DNA of 64,000 bases from Octopus bimaculoides (lineage: Eukaryota), in NCBI RefSeq assembly GCF_001194135.2, contig NC_068982.1, positions 15,788,595 through 15,852,594 of the forward strand, in the 5' to 3' direction. This document shows positions 26,683 to 39,300 of this stretch, piece after piece. The notes under the pieces are model-generated. The model saw only the letters and a program-made list of their open reading frames with translations, made no database searches and was not told the DNA's origin. The stretch's first letter is position 1, and every line of letters starts with the position of its first letter. The position numbers and the translations under genes are program-made.

Positions 26683-27330
26683 TAGTGGCAGGCTGGCAGA
26701 ATCGTTAGCACACTGGACAAAATGCTACAAAGCAATTCGTCTGGTTTTTATGTTCTGAGTTCAAATTCTGCTGAGGTCATCTTTGCCTTTCATCCTTTTA
26801 GGGTTGACGAAATCAGTACTAGTTGACTACTGGGGGATGATGTAATCGGTCATTCTCTTCCCTCAAAATTTCAGGTCTTGTGCCAACAATAGAAAGAATT
26901 ATATTATCATTATAATTAAGGTAGCGAGCTGGCAGAATCGTTAGCACACCAGACAAAATGCTAAGTGGCATTTCACCCATCGCTACGTTCTGAGTTCAAA
27001 TTCTGCCGAGGTTGACTTTACCTTTTATACTTTCGGAGTTTATAAAATAAATACCAGTTGAATACTGGGTCGATGTAATTGAGCCATCCCTGCCTTCTGC
27101 AAGCTACCCTTGTAGCAAAGATTTGAAATAATAATTATTATTATTAAGGTGGTGAGCTGGCAGACTCATAAGCGCACCAGACGAAATGAGTTCAAATTCC
27201 GCCGAGGTCGACTTTACCTTTCATCCTTTTGGGGGTCAATAAAATAAGTACCAGTTGAACACTGGGGTCAATGTAAGCGACTTATCTCCTCCCCAAAAAT
27301 TTCTACCCTTGTGGCAAAATTTGAAACTAT
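26683..27330 (+). mobile_element. Three head-to-tail SINE family B copies
   Basis: Heads at ~26683, ~26919 and ~27146, each after the (ATT)-rich tail of the previous copy. Confidence 0.85.
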
Positions 27331-27359
27331 TAATATTATTATTATTATTATTATTATTC

Positions 27360-27690
27360 CGTGAGTTGGAGTGGGCACTTGCTCTTGAGATTTCAGGGAA
27401 ATCTCAGACAGCGGAGTCCCTTGATTATCCCTAGAGGCCTTCCTGTATCAGGAGGGCCACATCTCTCTCATCCTCCCCACCACTTTTGTTTTTAAGACCC
27501 TTGTATGCTTGAATATGTCCCTTGTTTTTCAGTGTGTACCGTGTATACTTTCTTTCCTTCATTTTTTTTTTATCATTCCATTATATGTAAACCCCCCACA
27601 CTTTACGTCTCTCTTCATATTGTCCCCCTCATCCTTCGCCCTTGTGGCAAATAAAATGAAACCATTATTATTATTATTATTTTTATTATG
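27360..27690 (+). mobile_element. Probable Tx1/L1-type LINE 3' UTR end
   Basis: Pyrimidine-rich 3' segment ending gcccttgtggcaaataaaatgaa then (ATT)n. Clade assignment is from memory. Confidence 0.5.
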
Positions 27691-28844
27691 AAAACAAAGA
27701 TAGTGATCTGGCAGTCCCACTGTGTGGCACATTGGGCAAGTGTCTGCTACTATAGCCTCGGGCCAACCAAAGCCTTGTGAGCGGATTTGGTAGATGGAAA
27801 CTGAAAGAAGCCCGTCGTATATATATATATGTATATATATGTGTGTCTGTGTTTGTCTGCCCTACATTGCTTGACAACCAATGCCGGTGTATTTACATAC
27901 CCATAACTTAGCAGTTCAGCAATAGAGACCGATAGAATAAGTACTAAGCTTACAAAGAATAAGTCCTGGGGTTGATTTGTTTGACTAAAGGTGGTGCTCC
28001 AGCATGGCCACAGTCAAAGACTGAAACAAGTAAAAGAGTATGCCGGACAAACTGTTTGGTAACATGTCATGTCTCTATGTTCTGAGATTAAATTCTACCA
28101 AGATTGACTGTGCATTTGTCTCTTTTGGGTTCAATGTAATAAGTACCAGTTAACTTCTGGGGTCAATGTAACTGACTCTCCCCTTCCTTCAAAATTTCAG
28201 GCTTTGTATCTATAGCAGAAAGAATTATTTGTATTGGTGAAGACAGGGAATTGCCAGAATTGTTAACATGCCACACAAAATGCTGCCAAGCATTTCGTCT
28301 GTCTTTATGTTCTGAGTTCAAATTTCACTAAGGCGGACTTTGGTTTTCATCCTTCCAGGGTCAATGAAATAAGTACCAGTTGAACACTTGGGTTGATGTA
28401 ATTAACTAACAATATCTCATGCAATATCTCAGGCCTTGTACCTAAAGTAGAAAGAATTATTTGTAATGGTTATAATCAGAAGAATAAGACCTCTACTCAT
28501 AATCTTTTGTTGTACCTGTGTCTGAAAATGATTGCATGAAATTCCTCTAGACCTGAGACCTGTCCCCAAAGTTTGCAACAAAGACATTCAAAGGTCAAGT
28601 CTTGCTTTGGCATGATTTTTACAGCTGGATGCTCTTCCTGATGCCAAACATTTTCACAGAGCAGAATGGGTGCTTTTAACACGATATCAACACTTCGCTC
28701 CAATATAGTTTTAGATATTCTTATTTAAGGTAATTTCGGCTGCTATTCCTCCCAGATCAAATGGAAAAAAAAAAAAAAAAAAAAAAATCCTTTTTTTATT
28801 CCTTCAGAGAAATATTCCTTTTTCTACATTAATCATCCTCTAGA

Positions 28845-29290
28845 TATCATCCACCCTTCACAGGCTGACTAGCATGGATTACTATCTCAAATTTTTTATC
28901 CTCTCCTTATACATTCTCTGTATTTCAAGTCTGTCCAAATTTGATAATCTCCCGATGTAATTCTTGGATTTCCTCTTCCTCTTTACAAATTCCATTTTGG
29001 CTTCTATTGCCTTCTATTAATGGTCTCTATAAACCATTTTTTCTAATTTAGTGTCCATAACATTTTTAGTTTTACCTCTTTGGTGACTAATAAAATATTC
29101 TTAGTTTCTGCCATTCTTAGTTCTTCATTATTATTTTTGTATTTTGTCCATAATGTTCTGAAAGATCTTTTATGCAACCACATTTCAAACACTTTGAATA
29201 TAATTTATAATTCTGTAATACTTTAATGTCTATGTTTCAGCTAAATGGACCATGTGTGACATTTTAATAATTCTTTTCTAGTTTCAATAT
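28845..29290 (-). mobile_element. RTE-clade LINE 3' fragment
   Basis: Reverse frames give AET(W)TLK, VFEMWLH, YGH, LIEG.IE and RGRG, typical of RTE ORF C-termini. Confidence 0.7.
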
Positions 29291-30430
29291 ATTAAGGCGT
29301 TTTAGTATCGATAAGTCTGACCTAGAATAAGGCAGCATTCTCTCAGAATTGTTACCATGTTGGATAAAATGCTTGGTGGTGTTTTTCTCGACTTTACGTT
29401 CTGAGTTCAAATCCCACTGAGGTCGACTTTGTCTTTCATCCTTTCAAGGTCAATAAAACAAGTACCAGTTGAGCGCTGGGATTAATGTAATCGACTGACC
29501 TCTCCTACCCTCAAAATTGCTGGCCTTGTGCCGAAATTTGAAATCAATATGCTTGGTTTAAGCCTTTAGCATTCAGATTACTCTGTTGAATGTAACGCTT
29601 ATTTTGTTCTTTTACATGTTTCAGTCATTTGACTGTGGCCATGCTGGAGCACTGCCTTTAGTCGAACAAATTGACCCCCAGAACTTATTCTTTGTAAGCT
29701 TAGTNNNNNNNNNNTGCCTTTAGTCGAACAAATTGACCCCCAGAACTTATTCTTTGTAAGCTTAGTACTTATTCTATTGGTCTCTTTTGCTGAACTGCTA
29801 AGTTACAGGGACGCAAACACACCAACATCGGTTGTCAAGCGACGGTGGAGGAGGGGACAAACACATATATATATATTCGATGGGGGCTTCTTTCAGTTTC
29901 CGTCTACCAAATCCACTCACAAAGCTTTGGTCGGCCCGAGGCTATAAGAAGACACTTGCCAAGGTGCGACACAGTGGGACTGAACCTGGAACCATGTGGT
30001 TGGTAAACAAGCTACTTACAACTCAGCCACTCATTTATATTGTTTTGAATTTATCCTGCGTTGTCTTGTAGCTTTGAAATTTTGATGAAGTGATTATTTA
30101 TTTTTAGAATGACATTGTAGAGTAAGTGTGAGAGGTCAGATCTGGCCAGTTTGAACATATAACAAGTAGAATATTTTGGCCAGAGATCATCATCATCATC
30201 GTTTAACGTCTGCTTTCCATGCTAGCATGGGTTGGACGATTTGACTGAGGACTGGTGAAACCGGATGGCAACACCAGGCTCCAATCTAATTTGGCAGAGT
30301 TTCTACAGCTGGATGCCCTTCCTAACGCCAACCACTGGCGAGTTTAAATGTAACAGGGTTAAAAGAATAACTTGAATATCGTCTCACAAATAATATATTC
30401 ATTTTGCTTCTTTTTTTCATTTAATTCCAG

Positions 30431-30654
30431 AACCGAAATGTTGTCCGATGGTTTATATTTGGTTTACGGAACAAAGTATTACCATTTCTTGAAACTTATG
30501 ACACATCTGAGAATTGGAAGAAGAAAAAGCCTCTTCATTATTATGACTTAGCGGAATGTAAGCAAATCACATACAACGCAGGGAGTCACCTTACGAATTA
30601 TTCATTTTGTTTGTTGTTACCTGACAAGGTTTTAGAGCTGAAAGCAAAAAATAG
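30431..30654 (+). CDS. Coding exon: PH domain core (NRNVVRWFIFGLRNKVLPFLETYD...DLAECKQITY...YSFCLLLPDKVLELKAKN)
   Basis: ttccag acceptor, gtaaat donor, 224 nt open (phase 0 to 2). RWF, LETY and FCL..LELKA match PH strands beta2-beta7. Missed by the ORF track (no Met). Confidence 0.88.
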
Positions 30655-31177
30655 GTAAATATATTTAATTTTCTGCTGTTTCATAAACTCTGGTATTTTT
30701 GTTTCTTGTTTTACATGCTGGTACCATGTAAAAAAAAGCCCCATGTGCCAGCCAAAAGCATGTGCATTGGGAGTGTGCGAACACACACATGAAACACGCA
30801 TGAACACACACACACACACACACACACATGAATGCACAAGAGACACATGAACACACACACATACACGACTGGCTTCTTTAAAGTTTCTGTCTCACGAATT
30901 CCATTCACAAAACATTGGCCAACCCAAAGATATCATAGATCGCACTTGGCCCAGGTGTCACACAACAAAATTGAACCTGAAGCTGTATCATTATGAAACT
31001 AACTTCGTAACCACACAGGCATCTCTGTATCTTACATTTATCATTTTGTAACAATTCCTTCACAAAGCAATACAAAAACAAATGTAACAGTACATGTGTG
31101 TTTTAAATGGCTTGGGTGACTCAACCTGGATGCAAATGCTTCAGTTTCAACACAATCTCAAATGAATTCATTTACAA

Positions 31178-31485
31178 AACAAGAGCACTCAGAGAGCGCA
31201 AACCTCCGCCAAGGCAACATCAACACCCTCTCAATGATTAGTTAGAGATTATTTTTAAAGTGAGAATATCTGAAATGAACCCGACTGCTCTCAAAAATTA
31301 AGTAAAAATACCAAAAAAAAAATTAATACAGAATCCTTGTCCGGTACTGGGTCGATTCCAAAATCTAATCAGTTCATGCCAGTCGCGAGGCCAAACATCC
31401 CTGAAAATTTCATCCATATCCATCCAGCAGTTCTTGAGATATTTTGTCCCCGGACAAACAAACAAACACGACTGCAAACAATACA
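31178..31485 (+). mobile_element. Probable Helentron-associated non-autonomous element (HINE/DINE-like), 3'-truncated
   Basis: Starts aacaagagcactcagagagcgcaaacctccgccaaggc; body ccaaaatctaatcagttc...aaatttcatccatatccatcc...gagatatttt..acaaacaaacaaac. Family recognition is from memory. Confidence 0.55.
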
Positions 31486-32832
31486 CTGGGGTCAATGTCA
31501 TCGACTTAACCCCTCCCCTGAATTTGCTGGCCTTGTGTCAAAATTTGATACCAATATTTTATTATTGTTCTCTGGTAACTTTTAAAGAAAGGTGGTGGGC
31601 AGACAGAATTGTTATAATGCTGGGTAGAATGTTTAGCAGGATTCTTTTCTGTCTTTAGGTTCTGAGTTCAAACGCTGCTGAGGTTGACTTTGCCTTTCAT
31701 CCTTTCTGGGTCAATAAAATAAATACCAGTCGAACATTGCAATCTATGTAATCAACTTATCCAATTCACTTGAAATTGTTGGCCTTGTGCTAAAATTTGA
31801 AATCAATATCTTGTTATTGTGTTGGAACTTCTCTTTGGAAATCAGAAGACATATTGGCCCATAATGCTACTGGAGTAGAACTTTTACCCACTCACAGAAC
31901 ATTCTAAACAATGCCACACAATGTTTTGGAAGAAGTTGACATTCAATTACTTAAATTCTTTCATATATGTGATATTTATTTGTATTGAACTCAGAAGAAT
32001 GAAAGACGAAATCGAATCCAAAATTATTTGGTTACCGAACGCTAACAGCAGTTGCTAAATACTATAATGCACTCTGTGAAGTGCTCTCTTAGCTGTACTG
32101 ATTCTGTTCATCCGCTAATCTCGAAAATATAAGAAACAATAAAAATTACCCAAATCTAATATCAATCCGTATAAGCAATTCAAACAAAACTGTTTATTAT
32201 CCTCCGACAATCCTGTTTCAATCTAAAGCATTGTAATTCTGTTACCATGACTGTTGCTTTTAAGATTTCCAATATATACTTTGGTAACTAACCATCAATC
32301 TGTCATATGTTCAGAATTTACCACGTACGTTTACTGAAATCTTCACAAGTTATAGGCTCTGCTATTTTATTACATTGATTTCTTCTCCATAAATGCACAC
32401 CACGGCCATTTTGTATATTTTTATGACTTTTATAAGTTTTAGTAAATAAAGGGCAGCATCAGTGATATTTAAGCTCCCCTTAATGCTTTTGTTTTTTTGT
32501 TTTATTATTTATTTATCTCTTCAATAATGGAGCAACCAACAATTATAGAGAGGCTGGACTGGTAGAGTGTGTAAGGCTAGACGTCTTATACTATTCAATA
32601 AAAGTGGATGCTAGCCTAATTGATGAAGTAAACCATGAAATTTTCATCAATTAAAAATCAATAACGGACAAGAAAAATACACATATCATGAATTTCTTCC
32701 TAAGTAATTGTTTCTTTGTCTATAAGAAATGTCTTGGTTCAGAAAATGTTAAATTAATAAACCTCGGGTTATGTCTTGTTGATGATTTCTAAAGAAGAGT
32801 GAAATAGTGCCTCACATGATTACCACTAACTA

Positions 32833-34033
32833 TTAGGTTGTTTCACGTGAAATGTCACATTTTTAATTACTTGTTATTTGTCATTTAAAAACTCAATTAT
32901 GTATACCTTGCATTTAATCTTGACTCTTTTTCTTTCCCAACAATATTGGTATACAAAATTCGTACCCACAGACCTTATGAAAATTATAACAACCAATCTA
33001 TGTTGAGTGATTTTCTCGTATGAGTACGAACTGGGTCACTCTGCCGCAGAAGCTCTACAGAATATCAAGCGGGACTTTGTTAATGGTTTTGTTGACATAA
33101 GAACTGTTCAGAGATGATTCCAAAGCTCTCGTCCAGGAGATGATAGCCTTGAAAATAAATCAGTTATTTGGCATGATGGATTAAATGCTTTGGTTGAACA
33201 AAATCCGAGAATAAAGGTTTGAAAACTTTCTCCAGAACTCCAGACATCTTTGCACAACTGTCTTTGGACATCTGTGAAGACAGATAGGTTTGTTCCGTGT
33301 CATTTGAACGAGATTCAAAAAACAGATGCCTTGAAGTGAGCTCCTTATTGTTTTCCCAACTGGAAAAAGATCATATTTGCATCAAGTCATTACTTGTGAT
33401 GAGAAATGGATACTCTTTGACAACAGCAAGAGAACAGGACAGTGATTAGATGCAGGGGAGTCACCTAAACCCACCATTGCACCCTAAAAAGTTAGTGGTC
33501 ACTGTATAGTGGGTCTGCAAAGAGAGTTATTCATTATTCATTTTTGCAACAAGGAAAAACGGTAACAGCAACATCGTATTGCCAAGAAATTGATTGTATG
33601 CATGAGAATTTGAAAAAGAAGCAACTCAGACTAGTGAATAGAGATGGCCCAATTTTGCTCCATGACAATGCATGTCCTCACACTCTTCCAGCTACGGTCC
33701 AAAAGTTGCAAAGCCTGAATTATGAGAGTTTGCAACATCCTCCAAATTCTTCTGATATCTCTCCTACTGATCATCACTTATTTAAGCATTTTGAGCTTTT
33801 CACAAGCAATAAAACATTCTTAAATAGAGAAGAGGTAATTGAAGCATTCGGACAGTTTATCACAGCAAAAGATGAATTTTTTTTAAAGATGGAATATATG
33901 GCATAGAGAAACGTTGGGTAAGCGTCATAAATGAATATGGATCATACTTTGATTAAATAAATCAGTTCTCTAAGACTTCTGAAACATTTTATTGTTACCT
34001 TTCAAATATGACATTTCATGTGAAACAACCTAA
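32833..34033 (+). mobile_element. Near full-length mariner transposon, transposase disrupted
   Basis: TIRs ttaggttgtttcacgtgaaatgtca / tgacatttcatgtgaaacaacctaa flanked by TA. Motifs YELGHSAAEA, WILFDN, LLHDNACPH, SPTDHHLF (mariner D,D34D type), with stops and frameshifts. Confidence 0.93.
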
Positions 34034-35904
34034 TAGAAGTTTTAAGAACTTCATAATAAGAAAGCAGTAAAATAAAAACATTAAATATGTACATTTTGTG
34101 AAATTTCACATTTAAGCTTCTACTCCTTCCAAATACTATGAAAGAATGATTATCTCCGTTGTATTAACTGTCCACTAGGCTACACCATGTGTTTAAAAAT
34201 GATATGGATCATGATTAAAATAATCATTCTGATAGCAGGGGAAACAACACCAAAATTTAAATTAATTATAATTAATTAAACATGGAATGTAATGGGGGAG
34301 TGAATCTTATCATTAGCAATACAGTAGACAACTTCAGACATGTTTCAGTATTATTGGATTTCATCAGACTTGGATGGCATTATCTTAGAATGACAAAAGA
34401 GATTTAGGACTTTTGTGAATGAACTCAGAGTTTGTTTATTTGTTTCAACATCTGTTTATCTCTGCTAACAAGGGTTTGGTCAGTGAGATATTTTCTCTTT
34501 TCACTTTTATTCATTTCAGTCATTAAGCTATCGCCATGCTGGAGCACTATCTTGGAGAACTTTAATCGAATGAATCTATCTCAGTACTTTTTTTTTAAAG
34601 CCTAGTACATCTTCTATTGGGGACATAAACACGCTAACACAGGTTGTCAACCAGGGTTTGGTACAAACAGAGACACAAAGACACACACATCTATACTCTT
34701 TTACTCTTTTACTTGTTTCAGTCATTTGACTGCAGCCATGCTGGAGCACTGCCTTTAGTTGAGCAAATCGACCCCAGGACTTATTCTTTGTAAGCCTAGT
34801 ACTTATTCTTATTTCTTTATTGCCCACAAGGGGCTAAACATAAAGGGATTACATCGACCCCAGTGCGTAACTGGTACTCCAAAAGGATGAAAGGCAAAGT
34901 CGACCTTGGCAGAATTTGAACTCAGAACGTAGCGGCAAGCGAAATACTGCTAAGCATTTCACCCAGCTTGCTAACGTTTCTGCCAGCTCGCTGCCCTAGT
35001 ACTTATTCTATCAAGCGATGTTGGGGGAACAAACACAGACACACACATATACACATACGACAGGCTTCTTTCAGTTTCCGTCTACCAAATGCACTCACAA
35101 GGCTTTGGTCGGCCTGAGGCTATAGTAGAAGACACTTGTCCAAGATGCCACACAGTGGGACTAAACCCGGAACCATGTGGTTCGTAAGCAAGCCACACAG
35201 CCACTCCTACGCTTATATATATATATATACATATATATTTATATAGAATATACACCCACATGTCATCGCCACTGATGGCAATGGTGATGGTGGTGGTGGA
35301 AAGGATAATGACATACATATACGACCGACTCATGCTGTTTTTGTGTGTCTACAAAATTCCATTTATAAAGATTTGGTGCTATAATACAAGACATTGGCCT
35401 AAGGTACTGGAACCATGCTGCTGTAAAAAAGAACTTCACCACCAAATGGTTCTGCCTACATCTAACACCAATTAGAGAGCTAATATCTGCCATGATATTT
35501 ATCACAAGGTCCACCCCAGATATTAGTTAAATATAAAGGAAAATACTGAATTACAGAAATAAAAAAAAGAAACAATTCTGTCTTTTCACTTATTGTTATA
35601 CCATTTTCTCATGGTGCCATTTCATAGACAGAAACTTGTCTACATGAAACAGCCATTTATCCAAGATCTATCTATCTGTTTGTCTATCTATCTATCTATC
35701 TGTCTACAGGCACAGGCATGGCTGTGTGGTAAGAAGCTTTCTTCTCAACTACATGGTTCTAAGTTCAGTCCCACTGTGTGGCACCTTGGACAAATGTCTT
35801 CTTCTGTAGCCTCAGGCCAGCCAAAGCTTTGCAAGTGGGTTTGGTAGATGGAAACGAAAGAAGCCCATCATATAAGTAGATAAATAAATAAATATGTGTG
35901 TGTA

Positions 35905-35935
<31 letters not shown>

Positions 35936-36165
35936 GAATGTATACATATATATATATATATATGAATGTATACATATATATATGTAGTAGAATAAAAGAT
36001 AGAAAGTCTTTTGTACAGTATTATATGTTTGAGAAAATAAATAGAAATGGTGTTTCCAATAATTTTTCCACCTAATAACCTATAATTACTAAAATGGAAA
36101 AATTATCAGAAAAGTCATTTCTATTCATCTTTTACAAATAGGTATGTGTATACATACATACATAC

Positions 36166-36203
<38 letters not shown>

Positions 36204-36523
36204 AGGGGCAAAACTACAAGGACTTACTGGACTCTGAATGAGGAGGACATCGGCTGCGAATGATCCATGTATCTTGCTTTTGTCCTGTTTGACATTTGTC
36301 GTACTATCGTCTATTTTTCCACATCATGTGTTTTGTTGGTTTCCATTTGTTGTGTTCTTTCTGTCCTACCTTTGCTTCATACATACATACATACATACAT
36401 ACATACAACTTCTATGCTGAAGTTGAGACATGTTCTTTGTCTATCTCCTTAACTTCTTGGAGATTTTAGGTATAATTATACTAATGTGTCCATCTGTTCT
36501 AATTTAATTAAATTCTATGTCTC

Positions 36524-36613
36524 TGTGCAACTGAGGATTGCTCTGCATTTTAAATTGATGTAACAATTGCATTGTTTAATTAAATGGAGTTGCATGAAAC
36601 GATTGTACTGCAT
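36524..36613 (+). ncRNA. Degenerate Penelope-type minimal hammerhead ribozyme motif
   Basis: CTGAGGA 36531-37, long imperfect stem II, GAAA 36596-99, near-palindromic stem III cgattg, GTA triplet 36605-07, stem I tgcaa/ctgca. Confidence 0.5.
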
Positions 36614-36726
36614 TACCTCTGGATATCCTTGTTGCTTATTTTGATATATACAGTGTAAGACATAAATTAGAGGTATTTATAAGATATATGGTAGTAGGTA
36701 ATTTAAAGGTAAAACTGTGGTTTAAT

Positions 36727-36873
36727 ATATATAAAGATGATAAGAAATGGAGCAATAATTAACAATGAGAAGTGGATCGTTGATGTTATAATTAATTAAA
36801 TAATGACTTTATAACACCAGTGATCCACTTCTCACTGTTATTTATTGCTCCATTTCTTATCGTCTATATATAT
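36727..36873. repeat. Fold-back element or MITE, ~65-bp arms
   Basis: gatgataagaaatggagcaataattaacaatgagaagtggatc / gatccacttctcactgttatttattgctccatttcttatcgtc; ~17-nt spacer; TA-rich flanks. Confidence 0.85.
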
Positions 36874-37384
36874 ATATATATATATGTATAAATGTATCTA
36901 TATATATATATGTGTGTGTTTGTGTGTCTGTTTGTCCCCTCACCATCGCTTAACAACTGATGCTGGTGTGTTTACGTCCCCGTAACTTTGCAGTTTGGCA
37001 AAAAAGACCGATAGAATAAGTATCCGGCTTACAAAGAATAAATTCTGGGGTTGATTTGTTCGACTAAAGTGGGGTGCTCCAGCATGGCCACAGTCAAATG
37101 ACTGAAACAAATAAAGGAATCAAAGAATAACAGAATAAAATGTAGAACCACACAAAACAGGCAAATAAATAAATTGGTCCCAAATTTGTTTGGCATCTTT
37201 GAATCCTGAAGAAAGAGAAGCTGTTTGTAATGTATATATATTCTTATATAGACTTTTATCAACATATGTAACTCATCATTGCATTAGCCATTGTGGAAAA
37301 CAACAAAACAAAAACAAAAAAAAATTTGTTTTTTTTAATGTTTTTGTTTGTTTTGTTGTTTATCACTATCATCAACATCAGGGT

Positions 37385-37800
37385 CTCCACCACCACTACT
37401 AGTAGTACTACTACTACTAATGCTGCTGCTACTGGTGTTGCTGTTGTTACTACCACCACCACCACTACTGCAACTACTACCACCACCACCACCACTACTG
37501 CAACTACTACCACCACCACCACTACTGCAACTACTACAATTACAACAACAGTTACTACTACCACCTCCATAATTAACAAACAAATACTACTACTGCTGCT
37601 ACTGCAACTACTACTACAAAAGCAACCACAGTTGCTACCACCACCACCACTAGCACCATTACTACTACTACTACAAAAGCAACCACAGTTACTACCACCA
37701 CCTCCAAAACCATCATCACCACTAGCACTACTACTGCTGTTACTACTACCACTTCCACCACCACCACTATTATTGCCACTACTGTTGTTGTTGTTTGTTA
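37385..37800. repeat. (ACT/ACC/GCT)n trinucleotide tract
   Basis: Stop-poor in several frames on both strands, giving poly-T/V/L/P/G ORFs. Confidence 0.9.
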
Positions 37801-38069
37801 GTAGTTTAGTTCCCGAATGAATTCTTGTCTTTTATCAACAGAACCACAACTAAAATGAGCTGAGTTTTCACCTCATGCAACTGAAACAAAAAACAAAAAA
37901 AAAAAAGAAATTTCTCTTTACAGAGAAAAAAAAAAAAGTTGGTCTTCGTTTACATTTGACGATGCAGCAGTTTTTCTCTCTGAAATGAAGAGGAACTATT
38001 TCTGTAGTCAGAACTCTTCTCTCTCTCGTTCAGTCTTTTTGTTGTCTGACTTGGTAAAATGTAGTAGAA

Positions 38070-39300
38070 TATCTCTCTCTCTCTCTCTGTCTCTTCCTCT
38101 CTCTCTCCCTCTCTCAAACACACTCACAAATATTACCTCTCTCTCTGTCTCACTCACAAATATAGTCGTCCCTCTCTCTCTCACACACACACTTCTCTGT
38201 CTCTCCCTCTCTCATACACACACTTCTCTGTCTCTCCCTCTCTCATACACACACACACACACAAATATTACCTCTCTCTGTCTCTCCCTCTCTCAGACGC
38301 ACTCACAAATATTACCTCTCTCTCTCTCTCTCACTTACAAATATAGTCGTCCCTCTCTCTCTCACACACACTTCTCTATCTCTCCCTCTCTCAGATACAC
38401 TCACAACTATAGTCGTCCCTCTCTCTCTCACACACACACTTCTCTGTCTTTCCCTCTCTCATACACACACACACACAAATATTACCTCTCTCTCTCTGTC
38501 TCTCCCTCTCTCAGACGCACTCACAAATATTACCTCTCTCTCTCTCTCACTTACAAATATAATCGTCCCCCTCTCTCTCACACACACTTCCGTCTCTCCC
38601 TCTCTCATACACACACACACACACACAAATATTACCTCTCTCTCTCACTCATACAAATATAGTCGTCCTTCTCTCTCTCTCACACACACTTCTCTCTGTC
38701 TCTGTCTCACCCTCTCTCATACACACACACACAAATATTATCTCTCTCTCTCACTCATACAAATATTGTCCTCCCCCCCTCTCTCTCACACACACTTCTC
38801 TTTGTCTCTCCCTCTCTCATATACACACATTCACAAATATTACCTCTCTCTCTCTCACTCACACAAATATAGTCCCCCTCTCTCTGTCTTTCACACACCT
38901 CTCTCAGACATACTCACAAATATTACCTCTCACACATACAAATACAGTCTCTCTCTCTCTCTCTTTTTCATACTCATACACAAATATAGTCTTTCCCTGT
39001 CTCTCACACACAAAAATACTCTCATTTCCTCTCTCTATTTCACTTGCTCTCTCTCTCTCTCTCTCTCTCTCNNNNNNNNNNTCTCACACACACACACACA
39101 CTCACTTACAGATGTAGTAAATGTACTCTCCCCACTCACTCTCATACACACACATACAAATCTAGTAAACCCCTCTCTCACATACATACAGTCATAAATG
39201 TGGTCTCTCTCTCTCTCTCTCTCTCTCTCTTTCACACTTTATTTCTCCTACAAACATACTCACACAGGGAAACACATACAGTCTATCTCTCACTTTCTCT
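38070..39300. repeat. Compound (CT)n/(CA)n minisatellite
   Basis: Recurring linkers acaaatattacc and acaaatatagtcgtccc between (CT)n and (CA)n runs. Confidence 0.85.

Noticed and set aside
37259-37820. Mucin-like poly-Thr/Val/Gly ORFs
   Set aside because: Trinucleotide microsatellite open on both strands.
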